NCBI GenBank assembly: GCA_964016885.1
Contig: OZ024742.1
Location: 87,358,001 to 87,422,000 of the forward strand
Direction of reading: 5' to 3'
Length of the DNA: 64,000 bases
Source of the DNA: Eledone cirrhosa
Taxonomy: Eukaryota
Of the stretch, positions 49,831-64,000 are shown piece by piece. Within the stretch, counting starts at the first letter, position 1. Every line of letters begins with the position of its first letter. Made by a program: the position numbers and the translations under genes. Below the pieces are notes generated by a model. It did not search any database. It saw only the letters and a program-made list of their open reading frames with translations, and had not been told where the DNA came from.

Positions 49831-50332
49831 TATGCATGCATGTACGTATGTATGTAACACACGCGCTGGTACAAGTAATGAAAGACAGGCAGTCATTGTT
49901 GTCTTTTCCACTGTTCCAAATGCATAATATATCAGCATCTGTGTGTTTAAGTTCAGATTTTCATCGGCAAATACTTTATGAAATATAATCATAACTCCAA
50001 TGTACCAACACTTTTGTGTAGTTCGCCACTTAACAGCACATACACTTCAGCTGAAACCATCTGTTGCAGTAAACATGTGTTTGAAGGGCCTAGAACGTCA
50101 ACTTGACGGCTTATAAATGAGGCATTGGGTCGTGTGTAATCTGATTTCTCACTAAATCTTTACCGTCATCGGCGGTGCTACAAGGAGCCGGAGCTCATGC
50201 TGGTATCGCATTCACTTTCCTGGAGACACGCAAGCTCCTCCAACACGACACCATTCACGGAAGAGAGGACACATCTATGTATGTATGTAGGTAAGTACAT
50301 ATGAATATACGTACGTACGTATGTATGTTTGC

Positions 50333-50367
<35 letters not shown>

Positions 50368-50675
50368 TGTATGTATGTATGTATGTATATATGCACGTAT
50401 CGAACACTACGCTTGTTTGCAGCACTTGTTAATAAATATTTTAGTTAACTACCAAAACGCGCTTTAATTATTTGGAAAATTAGTACTTCAATTTCAGAAT
50501 CCTACAATGAATGAATGGTTGTGCAAGCCCAGCAGATATGTATTTCATTATGTTTGTATATGAAAAAAACGCCGTCCATTGCTGACCGAAATATGTCCTA
50601 TTTATGAAAAGTTCCGATGGATTCATCATTTTTCAAAAATAAATTCAATATAAACGGACCATATATGTACAGGTA

Positions 50676-50992
50676 CAGTGGAGCGCCAGTTCCCGAATGC
50701 TACTCACCACTGAGAACTCCGTCCAGGAAGAACATATCCGAAAATAAAACGTCTTGATATCACGAGTAACAAAAATGCAAGCTGAGAACAGCAGCTAGTA
50801 ACAACCATACATTATCGGCAGGAAAGCGTCACTTGCTGTGTAGTGCGTTACTATGGTGGTCTGTAATTCTCTTTCAAATACATACTTTATATCACTGTTA
50901 CTTACTCTCAAAGGGGAAAAATCACTTTACGAACATGTGGGGTGACGAACGGCCTTCAGGAAGGAATTAAGTCGCGAACCAAGGTTCCACTG
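50676..50992. mobile_element. Old pogo/Tigger-like MITE
   Basis: Imperfect TIRs cagtggagcgccagttcccga and tcgcgaaccaaggttccactg; TA on the left flank. Confidence 0.55.
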
Positions 50993-51815
50993 CATATATG
51001 TTTAAGGAATGTGACGATTGAACACTTCATATTATTGATGAGGAAATTCTGACTAAATTAATACAGTAGGTATCTTAATTCTGTTCAAACACGTAGGAAG
51101 AACCTAACCTATCAGAATTTCTTTAAAATATGCTTAAGAAAGAAATTGAAAATTGCTACATTCAAGAATAGATATTTTGAATTTTGAACATAGAACTTTA
51201 GTAAAGGAATATATTTCAGAGAATCGTAAAATAGCATAGAAAATCCAGACATTGTTAATTAAATAATGCTAAAAACGGTATTTATCTCCATAATTTTTGA
51301 ATAAAACATAAACATTATTATGAATTGGGCTCACAAACTTTTATCAAGAAAGAAAACATCATTGAAAGCCGAAGGATGTTAAGTATGTAGAAGAATTATA
51401 CCGTTTATATATCTTTCAGAACATTATATGATAATTTGCATTGATTTGATGGTCCTTAGAATAAAATGCATTGAAGCTTATTGCTGAAGGGCATTCCTCC
51501 CATTGTTAGAATCCTCTTGGAACTGATTTTCTTTGAGCGACACAGAATTTCAAAGGAACAACATCGATATGAATGACAATTATTCTTCTTTAAACAATCA
51601 AGTGGAAATAGCGTACTCTCATCTGGTTCTTTAATGAATCAATAAATTCAAAGACACAAATACCAAGTAAATACATCTACCTATATCAACAGAGAGTCAC
51701 TCAAATGAACACCGGAATTTACAAATACAGCCGCGTCTAAAAGAAAATATATAAATAAGGTATAAATAAATCGGTTATTGTGCTGTATAGTGACTGCGGT
51801 GCATGATCAAGTTCA

Positions 51816-51848
<33 letters not shown>

Positions 51849-51851
<3 letters not shown>

Positions 51852-52016
51852 GATATTAATAAATGGAAACTATATTTATAAAACCATATTTTATAAAACC
51901 AAATATAGTTTTCATTTATTAATATCGTATATCTACTCCAAAAAATTGTCGAGTGCTTTATATCAGTTATAAAATATTTACTTGTTGTATCCCAACAATT
52001 TTAAATAGAACTTTTG

Positions 52017-52018
<2 letters not shown>
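51849..52018. mobile_element. Fold-back family A, second copy
   Basis: Short arm tacgatattaataaatggaaactatattt is inverted at ~51901-51929; the tail matches the reverse complement of 13228-13315. Confidence 0.8.
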
Positions 52019-52057
<39 letters not shown>

Positions 52058-52062
<5 letters not shown>

Positions 52063-52612
52063 TGTATATATAGTGAAATTTGCAATACGTTGTATGCTTA
52101 ATTAAATTAATTAAAAGCACTTCAAATACCTTACGCTATTGTTTTAGAGTAGTGACAGTCTCACTTGTGCTGATTGGTACTTATCAAAGCTAAGTACTCC
52201 ACCTGTTTGCTGAAAATCATGAATGTTTGATTCTTATAGAATTTCTAGCAATAATCAGGAATTGATTACACAGAGCGGTTGCCGGTCAAGCAGAAATTGA
52301 AAATTAGAATTGGCGCTCTGAAATAGCAATATATATGAATGTATATATAGTGTATTTTGCAATACACTGTATGCTTAATAACAATCATTACTTGGCTTTG
52401 ATAAGTACCAATCAGTACGAAACATAGCTCTGTCAGCTTTACCTCCCCTGTTTGCTGAACATGTAAAGTAAGTGAGACTGCCACTACTCTAAAATAATAG
52501 CGTAAGGTCTTCGAAATGATTTTAATGAAGCATACAGTGTATTGCAAAATACACTATATATACATTCATATATATATATATATAGCTAATTCAGAGCGCC
52601 CATTCTAATTTT
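52058..52612. mobile_element. Complex nested inverted/direct repeat element (PLE pLTR-like) containing a hammerhead
   Basis: 52300-52380 is inverted at 52525-52612; 52058-52190 is a rearranged third copy. Confidence 0.75.
52394..52438 (+). ncRNA. Type I hammerhead ribozyme with a U3:A8 variant core
   Basis: ggct TTGATAA gtac caatca gtac GAAA catagctctg TC agct. The same TTGATAA core is in the partial antisense copy at ~52170-52191. Confidence 0.7.
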
Positions 52613-52650
52613 ATATATATATATATATATATTATATTTATATATATATA

Positions 52651-52723
<73 letters not shown>

Positions 52724-52804
52724 TATTAGCGTACATCTGTGCCCTTATGTTACTAGATGTATTAAATTATCTCTCTCTCTCTCTATATATATATATAAAT
52801 CTAT

Positions 52805-55800
52805 ATGTCTATCTATCTATCTAAGGCGGGTAAAATTCCCCAGATCCATGGACGAGTTCTCTCCAGCGGTCCCTGTCCCCATTATCGCTGCCATGTCCTG
52901 CGTCTCCAACGGACCTGTGTCTGACCTTAGGGCATCAACATACGTTAACCTTGGTCTTCCTCTTCTAGTGTGTCCATGTAGGGGCTCCCAAAAGAGTACT
53001 GAGTGCAATGTCATCTCTGGATGTCGGTGAGCATGTCCAGCTAACCTCAGTCTCCTCTGTGTCACTTTTGAGCTGACTTTTGGGATGCTCCCATACAACT
53101 CTGAGTTTTTCATCCTCAGTGTATACTGATTAATGTTCAGAGCCATCCTCAGCATTCTCTTGTAGCACCCATCCACCATCTGAGTGAGTTTCTTGGTCAG
53201 TGTCCAAGTCTCAGACCCACACAGCAGCACAGACTCCACTACAGCAATGAAGAGGCTGATTTTCAGGTCTCTACGAAGGTCCGATTTCCACACCGATCTC
53301 AAGCTGTGACACGCCGCCCAGGGCTTGCTCTTCCTCTCAACCACATCACCTTCCGTATTCCCAATCTTTGCTCCCAAATACAAGAAGTCCTCAACCAATT
53401 CCTGTGGCTTCCCGCCTACATTAGTGATCCCCTCTGGCTTCTCAACATTCTCTACCAGATATTTTGTTTTAGTCTCATTCATTCTCAGCCCCACACTCAT
53501 CGACACAGTCTCAACCTCCCGCATCAAATCCTCTGCCCCCTTCACTGTATTTGTCACCAAAACTATGTCGTCGGCAAATTCAGCATCCGATACCTTTTTC
53601 GCCCTAACTCTCCTGCTCTGAGCCGGTGCTACAGTAAAGCCAGAGTCCTTGTGTTTCTCCAGTGCAAGGCGCAGACAATAGTCCACTACGATGATAAAAA
53701 GGTTCGGAGCCAATGTATCTCGCTGGAACACTCCAGACAGTATCTCAAAGAACTCTGTCATCCCATCAGGTGTAATGACTTGGGCTTTCGTGTTGGGGTA
53801 TAGCAGTGATATCAGGCCAACTATCTTCTTGGGGATTCCATAAGCCTGTAACATCTTCATCAGGCAGTAACGGTCCACAGAATCAAAGGCCTTCCCAAAG
53901 TCAATGAAAACCATGAACGCAGGAAGGCACTTTGCTCTAGCTCCCTCTAATATCCTCCTCAGCATCAGGATGTGACTGGTAGTTGATCTACCCTCTCTGA
54001 AGCCGTTCTGGTTGTCCCTGAGCCTCTTCTCCATCTCAGTCTGGATCCTGTTAAGCATCATCCTGTTGAGGGTCTTTGCCACAAGTGACGTCAGTGAGAT
54101 CCCCCGGTAGTTGTTGGTGTTAGAGAGATCTCCCTTCTTTGGCACTGCGACGATGTTACTGATCCTCCACTGATTCGGGGCAACTCCTTTCTCCAGTGCC
54201 CCGTTACAGAACCCCAGGATGATATCATCACAATCACACCTCTTCATCACCGCTGATGCCACTCCATGTTCTCCATGAGCCTTGCCCTCCTTGATCCTCT
54301 TCTTGGCTCTCTGAAGCTCCTCTCTGGTGAAGGGCTCTGTCTCAACATCCAGTTCCTCAAACAGCCGCCTGATCTCCCCAGTGCTCTGGGCTGTGGAGGG
54401 TGGCTCTCCTAGTAATGTCCTAAAATGGTCTAGGCATTTCCTCTTCCTATCATCGGGCCCCGTTCCCTGGATCTGACTCGAACACCTTCTCTTCCTCCCT
54501 GTGATCTCGGTGATGATCATCCAGCTCTCCTTACATCCAGATCTGTCAACTGCTCTCTCCACACTTCTGATCTTCTCTATCAGTGCCTTCTCTCTGACCT
54601 CAGTGTAAGCGGTACAGAGCTCTTCCCTCATCACCTCCACAATCTCCATCCTCTCCTCCGTAGCATTAGCATAGCATTGATCCCTGGCAGCTTTCAGGTG
54701 TTCTCTAGCTGCACACACTTTTGGGTTTGCAGAGCTGACGTGCTTCCCTTTGTTCTATTTCCTCGGCACCAGGGTTTCACTTGCTTCCGCCACTGCATTG
54801 GTGAAGTGCCCGTACCTCCTCGTCACACTCTCCTCTGTCCATCCAATCTCTCTCTCCTCTGACTCTCCACACAGAGCACTAAACCTGTTTCTCACTTCCA
54901 CTGTGAACCTCTCCTGTAGCCTATCATCTTCCTTGAAACCTCCCCAGTCATAGATTGTTCTCCGGGGTGAGCTTTGCTCTTTCTTAAGCTCACGCGGTCG
55001 TCACTCATAACAAGCCGGTGGTCACTACCCAGTGTACTGAAATAGCTGTATGGTTTCGTGTTCAGAACACTATTCCGCCACTTTTTCCTCACCAGAATGA
55101 AATCAATCTGAGACTTGGACAGGTGCATATCTGAGATGTAGGTCCACATCTTCCCCGGATTCTTCCTAAACCCTAGGTTGGTCGCCATCAAGTTCGCCTA
55201 CAGCAGGGTGTCTCTCAGTAGTCTTCCATTTCGGTTGGTGTTGTTAAGGAAGTACCAGCAAGGATCTTCACTGCCCTCCTTACTCAGATGTGCATTGAAG
55301 TCCCCCAAAACAAGCAGGATATTGTGTGCCTGAGTAGTGTCGACAGCTCTACACACCTCCTCATGGAACTCTTCCGCTCTCACATCACTGTCCCCCTCGG
55401 TTGGACTATAGGCTGAGATTACTGTCAGTCTTGGGTTTCCATTGAAGGTCACCCTCAACACTCGCGGGGAGATAGGCATTATTTCCCTCACCAACAGATT
55501 GGTTTTTGTACTGAACACAAAACCCACTCCTCCTACTGCAGCATTTGTTGTGTTCTTCACTGCCGATGTAGTGATGAGCTGGCTCTTCTTCCAGATCATC
55601 ACACTCCTCACGGGCTCATCGTGTAGGATCCTGTGTTCTTCGATCGCAAGTATCTGTATACCACTCTCCTCAAACAGATGTCTCAACTCCTCTCTCTTCT
55701 CCAGCGTCCGAATAGTCCTCACATTCAAAGTGCCCATTTTGATGGCTCTTCTGCAGGACAAAACTGCATTCTTTATATTTGTCTCAGAGACAGCTGATCC

Positions 55801-56127
55801 ATCATCCACTGGCCCTCTCTGTGGCTCTAAGCCAGCAGAGTCAGAACGACCAGGCTGCTCCTTGACAGTGTAATTAGGCGCCCTAACCCTAGTGCTGTTA
55901 GATCGAATCTCCATATTTCTTTTCAATGGCTGACAATACCTTACCGGCGCCACTCGAATAAGGTAGTTATTTAACCCATACATGGAGCCCTAACAGGTAC
56001 TACCACCCCGGGCCAGGGCAGACCTGGGAGTTATGACAACTAAGGGGTAACTCCACATTCCCCACATCTCCTGAACTCCCGAACTGGAGCCTTGCCACTG
56101 GATGTAGTTTAATTTCATACCCAGGAC
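52805..56127 (-). mobile_element. Near full-length RTE-clade LINE (APE + RT), disrupted by a few stops/frameshifts, in (TA)n
   Basis: ORF pieces 55198..55983 (GTLNVRT, AIEEHR, SAYSPT, GDFNAH), 54892..55191 (SQIDF, SDH), 52817..54718 (NYRGISL, DFGKAFD, FADD, RRGRP); (AGAT)n tail overlapping the stop codon. Confidence 0.93.
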
Positions 56128-56150
56128 ATATATATATATATATATACCCA

Positions 56151-56252
<102 letters not shown>

Positions 56253-56257
56253 ATATA

Positions 56258-56288
<31 letters not shown>

Positions 56289-56666
56289 TAGTACCGTCAA
56301 TAATGATACACTTATAGATACGATATGTCAGTAATGCATGCTGCTACAGAGACTGTCATATATATATATATGTGTGTGTTGTGGGGATGCGTGTATGTAT
56401 GTGCGTGGGTTGTTGGGCGTGTGTGTGTGTATAATCTGTACGTCAATACTCATCTTTTTCAGAGAAAAACCACGAAACCTCCATCTCAAATCTACTTTTG
56501 AAAAGCAGAAGAACTGCGAAACCGGGAAAGGGACCAAATAAATATATATTTTGTTTAAGAAAGACTCCAGTTGCATTTTCGATTTCATCTTTTTTCTTTA
56601 TACTTTCACTCGTGTAGGACACGTCGTTTTTTTTATTTTTATTTTGTAAAAAAACGTCACTTACTA

Positions 56667-56699
<33 letters not shown>

Positions 56700-56893
56700 G
56701 GAACGAGTAGGACCCCGACGACTGAGCTCAAGCCGTTTCGACGGCTAATTCTGTGTCCAGAATTAGCCGTCGAAACGGCTTGACCTCAGCCGTCGGGGTC
56801 CTACTCGTTCCTATTACCGACTCTACTAGCCTAAGTATTGAGTACTTTGGTGCGTTATGGTCCATCGTATTCCTTACCACATTTCCTTCGTTA
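56700..56893. mobile_element. Fold-back family B, second copy
   Basis: Palindrome 56700-56811 plus a tail that is the reverse complement of 22221-22303. Confidence 0.85.
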
Positions 56894-56924
56894 TATATAT
56901 ATAAATATATATATATATAAAACA

Positions 56925-57325
56925 AAAAATCAGTGATGCATCTGAACTCAATTTATTGTGTGTTACAATTGTTTCGCCGGCAGACAGCTCGTGACACGAT
57001 CATTGTGTGGATCTGTCTGATTCTGCATCTGCAGATTCGACGGACACGTCTAATGATTTCGGGTGTTTTTAACGGTAAAACACCAGTGAGAGAATTTGCT
57101 CCGAAATCATTAGACGTGTCCGTCGAACCTGCAGATCCAGAATCATACATACCCACACAATTATCGTTTCATGAGCTCTCGGCGAAACAATTGTAACACA
57201 CAGTAAATTGATTTCAGATGCATCACTAATATTTGGTTTTATATTATATCATAATCTGCTATGTCAGAGCATAGAGTGCTCAACCGGTATACCGCATAGG
57301 GAAGCATCTTAGCTACCATCAGACA
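56925..57325. mobile_element. Asymmetric fold-back element (family D)
   Basis: Inverted ~135 bp arms (56925-57062 and 57101-57240) plus a one-sided tail into (CA)n; related copy at 12447-12840. Confidence 0.85.
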
Positions 57326-57388
57326 CACACACACTCTCACACACACGCATACACACACATACGCACACATACACACACACACACACAT

Positions 57389-57446
<58 letters not shown>

Positions 57447-57464
57447 CTGTGTGAATATATATAT

Positions 57465-57531
<67 letters not shown>

Positions 57532-57604
57532 TCAACACACAATTTGTTTACGCTGTAACTTAGCTGATACGTAATTGCATTCGTGAGTGAATAATAATAA
57601 TAAT

Positions 57605-57750
57605 ATTAATTGTTTCTACATTTGGCACAAGGCCGGCAATTACTCAGTACATTACTGGTACTTTATTTTATTGATCCTGTAAGGATGAAAGGCAAAGTTA
57701 ACCTCGACAGGATTTGAACTCAGAATGGCAAGGGCTGTAATTCTATGCGT
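57605..57750 (-). mobile_element. tRNA-derived SINE of the same family as the 41735-42288 triplet
   Basis: Reverse complement of the gagttcaaatcc...ctttcatcc...gtaccag...ggccttgtgccaaatgtagaaacaa consensus, with a TTA tail. Confidence 0.8.
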
Positions 57751-57773
57751 AACATCATGTGACAGCCCTAATG

Positions 57774-58070
57774 TGTATTTCTCCTTTTTATACTACACGC
57801 AGGAATCTCTTGAGAATATATAGCATTAGCTAGATTGTACAGCGGTGGGTTAGCTTAATTTGCATACCGAGCGAGTTTACGGCTGGCATTATCGCAAATT
57901 TAAAAATCAATTTCCTTCGCCCCATTTTATAAGGCTGTTTCAATCAAATAGTTATAAACCATTTACGTAACAGATCGAAAAATAATATTTTAAGAAAAGC
58001 TGATGTATACTTCAGAGAATACTATATATTATCAACTGTCCCAGGGTGTAGTAGAAAAGAGAGAAATACA
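57774..58070. mobile_element. Putative MITE with ~25 bp imperfect terminal inverted repeats
   Basis: tgtatttctcctttttatactacac ... gtgtagtagaaaagagagaaataca. Confidence 0.5.
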
Positions 58071-58175
58071 AAATATTGATAAGTGGCAGTAACCGCAAAT
58101 GAATTGTAGATTGTTTTCTCCTCGGTTAGCGCTGGACGAAAAGAATGACGTCAGTCGTCATATATATGCATACAC

Positions 58176-58210
<35 letters not shown>

Positions 58211-58215
58211 TACAC

Positions 58216-58317
<102 letters not shown>

Positions 58318-59298
58318 GTGTGTGTGTGTGTTCGTGTGTGTGTTCGTGTGTGTATGTGTGAGCGCCTGTATGTGTTTGTATATATATATGTGTGGTGTCA
58401 GTCTGTATGTCTATATGAATCTGCCTGTGTGAGTGTGTGTTTGTGCTGATGTCTTAATTCCATGTTTTGAATTATTCAAAAATCCATACGCCATGTGAAC
58501 TTTTAATGAATTTCATATTATATAACCCGATGTTATATTAAAACTTCGGCAGAATTTGAAAAATACATATAATATAGACAAAAGAGATAGCTAAAATATT
58601 CCATCAGTGATATAACAACACCAGAGCATCAATTCGTCACAAACAGTAGCAGCAACAGCATCGGCATTAGCATTGAGTAAATTCGGTATCTCATCTGCGA
58701 CAGTAATCACTGTAATTTGAATATTTATAGAACGACAACTATGCCATGTAACATTTCATATTATGTTCAACCTTCTATTTATTGTCTTAATAAGTCTGTC
58801 CAAGTTGTGAAAATAATGTGTTTTTTTCCTAATATTATTGCTTTGTTGTGTTGTTCTGTATGCTATTGCTTTTTTTAATATTGTATTCCTTGGCTTTGTA
58901 TGTTGAGAGAAGGGCATCCTTAACAGGACACACCACCTGAAAGAGGTACAGAAACTCCAGAACAAATATATAACCTAGTCTAGTCTAGCTAACAAATAGG
59001 ATATCGTAGCGATCTAGACAATAAGATCAAAAATTCAGATTTAATGAAGTGATATCTATCACATAAAGTATTAATAAACAATATCGGAATTATTCTTACA
59101 ATGTATGCTATAGAAAAAATAAGAAAATATTTAGGTATCTCATAATATAATATATATATGCATATGGAAATTATTAGAAAGTAGACGTTACATTTCATTC
59201 TTGCTAGAATCATAAATACACACGCGCATATATATACACTTCGATCCACTTCCCGCATATATATATATATTTGTGTATATATATATACACACACACAT

Positions 59299-59377
<79 letters not shown>

Positions 59378-60027
59378 CAATCATAATTATACATAAATGC
59401 GCGCGTGTGTGTATTGCGCGTGCTTTTCAATATATGCGCCTCTCAGCAAACCTGTGGTCATTTCTTATTCCCTATGAAACCACCTTTGCAGTTTGTTATT
59501 TATTTCGTTGTCCTAGCCAAGATGAAATATGCAGCGCGGCATATAACATTTCACTGAAGAACATACACACAGAGTCAGGCAACTAGATACACTCCCAAGA
59601 ACACACACATTCGCATATATACGCTGTTTTCAACACCCAAATTATACGTATACTTTAGTAATAAATGCACAAAGTGCCTCAATGTGGAATCAAATCCTCG
59701 ATCGTGAACTATACGACGTGATCATATCAGTCCTAAGTCTATTTTAGTAGTGGTGATTTTACCATTCCATGAATGAACAACAATATAACTCCAGAGTAGC
59801 GTTAATTATATATATGTAGATAATATATTTCTAAATTTCATAACGTTCAAAAGTTTTAAACGGTAATGAAATGTTAAGTGGACATGAAATATGACGTCTT
59901 TCTGGTTGTTACTGAGACATACGTTTACAAGCACAGGTAATGTAGCATCATTTCACAGTCTCTTATCTAACTGGATTAACTCAAAGATATCTACATCTTC
60001 ATTACAACTAAAATTGAAATATTGCAG

Positions 60028-60222
60028 AAAAAAACCAATGCGGAGAACCTCCAACCGTACATCATGCTGAACATGATGGTGATAAAAGCCTGAAGGGCTA
60101 CCCAAATGGTCACATGTTGGATTATCGCTGCAAGAAGGGCTTTTCAGCTAGACGAGATAGTGTGTTCCGGGCGTGGTGTGTTGGCGGAGGAGTATGGGTT
60201 GGTCCCAATATGACGTGTTCTC
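60028..60222 (+). CDS. Internal coding exon for one sushi/CCP (SCR) domain of a host gene, possibly LEV-9/Hasp-like
   Basis: ttgcag| acceptor and |gtaagt donor; 195 nt, phase 1-1; translates KNQCGEPPTVHHAEHDGDKSLKGYPNGHMLDYRCKKGFSARRDSVFRAWCVGGGVWVGPNMTCS with the 4 Cys + Trp CCP consensus. Confidence 0.92.
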
Positions 60223-60662
60223 GTAAGTAAAAGCATTTCAGTGCTCTTTTCACCAATATTTAATACACTGATGCTGTCATTAACTGATTATCAGATTGGT
60301 TTCTCTCATTTGCGTATCATTCTAATGTAAACATAATGCCTGATAAATTATATATTCGAACTCATTATGAATTCATTTTCACAAGTCATAATACTTAGTG
60401 TAAGGTATGTATTCTATGACATTTGAATTTCAGAATATTGTATAAAATATATAAGAAGAGTTACACACTCATATAAAACTAATATGTGAAAGGGGAATAT
60501 TTGTAGAATCAGGAAATAATACATGCAATCATTTGACTTATAACATAACGTTAACCAAGAAAAAAATCTAATCATATGATAGATCCTGGAAACAAGGATT
60601 TACTGATGGAGATTTCAATTCAATACAAGATATTGATCATATATAATTATTCATTCCCCAAA

Positions 60663-60792
<130 letters not shown>

Positions 60793-61097
60793 ATATACAT
60801 AGTTACAGCAGTGACTCTTATGTAACGAGGAGATGGCTAGCTCCATTGGTTGTTCGGATGTTTTTTAGAAACACATGGTAGTTCTTCAAGGGTAGTTCTT
60901 CTTAATTTTTAATTTAGTTATAAATAAACACACCTTTGAGATTAATTAAAGAAATGTAACTAGAAGAAGAGAACTCGTATTAAGTTATTAATTCAAATAA
61001 ATTAAACTCTTGGAAATTCAAATTAAACTCTGCGGTATATACCATATTTAACGAATCGAATTCGTTTCGTGTGGACAGCGACTAATTGGTCCAGGGG

Positions 61098-61173
<76 letters not shown>

Positions 61174-62177
61174 ATATCAGGATATCAAAGCAAATTCGTG
61201 GACAGTTGTATAGACAGCTGAATACATTTATAGTTAGTCATACAGTTTACGTATTTTTGAAAATGTATATTGAACTTGGGATGATAAAATTGCACATCGA
61301 GATCTAAAAATATCCAACTAAATAACAGGTAAATACAATATATTTTTTTGCTTTAGAATTGAAAACTATTACAGAGTATTCGTGTGGTTCTGTTTAAACA
61401 AAGGACCCAAGATGTTCTCCATGAGAACTAAATAAATATCACCTGCGTTAATATTAAGATAATGCATTAATATTACGATCTATATAGTTCAATAAATTAA
61501 CCAATATCTGCAAAAAGAGTACTCCAATGCTTTTTGTACATTGTAATTCTCAGTTGAAAACTATAGAAAAATTGGACTTTCTCAACTAAGATTGTGCAGA
61601 AAACTGAGGTTTTAAGTTTACAGCACCTTTTGATTTCAATACTGCCATGTATTGAATGCACGTTTTCAATCAATTTCGTAAATATATAGTGCAACCACGA
61701 AGCAGATCAGTGCGAAGTCTCTTTAAATAAATCAATAACTTATCGATAAATCGATATCTTGTGTTGATCTCCAAATGTTAAGCGAAAAAGTAAACATCAT
61801 TTAAATGTTTAGTAATTACGTTGGCCATCAACACAACAAAGATGCAAAAAGGACATGGAAACGCCTCCCAACGTTTGGAGTAAGTTAAAGCATTCTTTTT
61901 ACAGCATCTAACAATTTTGATCGTGCCTTTACTTAAGACACGGGAGGTAACTATTCCCGCATGCAACTAACAACAGAAGTCTATAAAAAACCTTTAGGCT
62001 TATGAGAAAAAATCTACGGCATTTTTAATATTTATTACTAATGTTGATCTAATTAACAACATTTATGCATTTCAATTGGATATGTGTACATCATAATAAT
62101 ATTTGAATGGTTAGTCAGATATAATGGATATTGTATAACAGAGGTTAATGTATATCTACAATATGTACAAATATACG

Positions 62178-62328
<151 letters not shown>

Positions 62329-62646
62329 TATATATATATACATATATATATACGTGACATGTCACGTATTATCCTTCTTCCAGTTCAGGAGCCTTTACCT
62401 CAGAAAGTGAAAATGGTGCGGTTTTTTTAATTACCCCCTGTATATTTTGAATCCTTGAATGCTTTTGTGTATTAATGTTGCAACTCCTATGCATTATTTG
62501 TAATATTCCCACTTGATGTAATATGTGTTACTGCCTATGAAACTTAACATGTTGTACCTAATCGTTAAATTTAAATGTTCCATGTTGCACATCTGTATGA
62601 ATGCATAAATACACACACAGCAACATCCAATCTCAATCATGTATAT

Positions 62647-62747
<101 letters not shown>

Positions 62748-62765
62748 CATATATATATATATATT

Positions 62766-62833
<68 letters not shown>

Positions 62834-62872
62834 GCATATAACTATATATACATACATATACAGATATATGTA

Positions 62873-62911
<39 letters not shown>

Positions 62912-62920
62912 ATACATATG

Positions 62921-63004
<84 letters not shown>

Positions 63005-63387
63005 TACATATATATATATATATGAATGAATGTATGTATATATATATGTATATATATGATCCAAATCTATTACAATGTATTGTTTGTGTCTCACAACAGA
63101 ATTTTGCATTCTCACTCTGCTTATTTCCAAAAACCACATTGTTAAATTAATAATAATATTATTATACTGTCGATTTACATATGATTATGATTTTATATGT
63201 TTTGAAAAAGTAAATGTTACAATGCAATTAATGCAACATTAAATATTCTCTGTTTTGCATTTGCTTCTCTTTATTTTCTTCATTTACGTCCGTCAAAATA
63301 CACGGTATTTAACGGCTGTATACATCTCCAATTTTCTAGCATGATGTGTCACATATATATAGAGACATATGAGTGTAATATTTGTTA

Positions 63388-63519
<132 letters not shown>

Positions 63520-64000
63520 TCTATATATATATATATATATTTGTTTAGGCGCGTGTTTGGGCGTGTGTATCTATCCGTATGTATTCATATATAATATAGA
63601 TAATTACCTACATAGAGACACAAATATATAACTATAAACGCTGTATGAATCTATTTAACTTTGCGAATATAATTTTACCTAAATATTTCGTATTCCCTTA
63701 TTAAGAGCGACTCATAAGAAAAAATTCAATCCATTACTATTGTGATGTCCATACATATATATGTGCTATTTAATTGATTGACATTATACTGTAAAAATAA
63801 TATTCAAGTTCCAGAATGGTAAGATAAAACGAATGCTTTCATAAATCTATGTCTGATTTCTAATATGTATAAGAAGGACACGTATATAGACACACACGTC
63901 GTCACCAGCACTCGTACACATACACACCCATAGACACACAAAACACATGCACATACAATACAAATAGCATATATCGAAATATATATTCTTATGAACGAAA

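Noticed and set aside
50100-50275. Possible minus-strand RTE 5' UTR remnant next to (ATGT)n
   Set aside because: Only a short motif resemblance (gtcgtgttggaggagcttgcgtg); insufficient support.
61821-61878. Short stretch ending at a GTAAGT donor-like site downstream of the sushi exon
   Set aside because: Weak acceptor and no CCP-like or other recognisable peptide.

Overview
This is AT-rich, microsatellite-dense eukaryotic DNA; the SINE types and repeat landscape resemble octopus (my inference, no database search). It is most likely intronic. The only convincing host coding sequence is one 195-nt sushi/CCP-domain exon (60028-60222, +) that the ORF track missed. The rest is a retroelement landscape. 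The core is a ~17.5 kb array (24.1-41.7 kb) built inside (TAA)n microsatellite. It alternates Dong/R4-type RLE retrotransposons (all +, one intact 1130-aa ORF) with a Tx1/L1-clade APE element (all -, one intact two-ORF copy). The window also holds Penelope-like elements, several minimal hammerhead ribozymes (one a U3:A8 core variant), recurrent asymmetric fold-back elements in (TA)n, RTE LINEs and a derivative, SINEs and MITEs. Boundaries were read by eye and are approximate.
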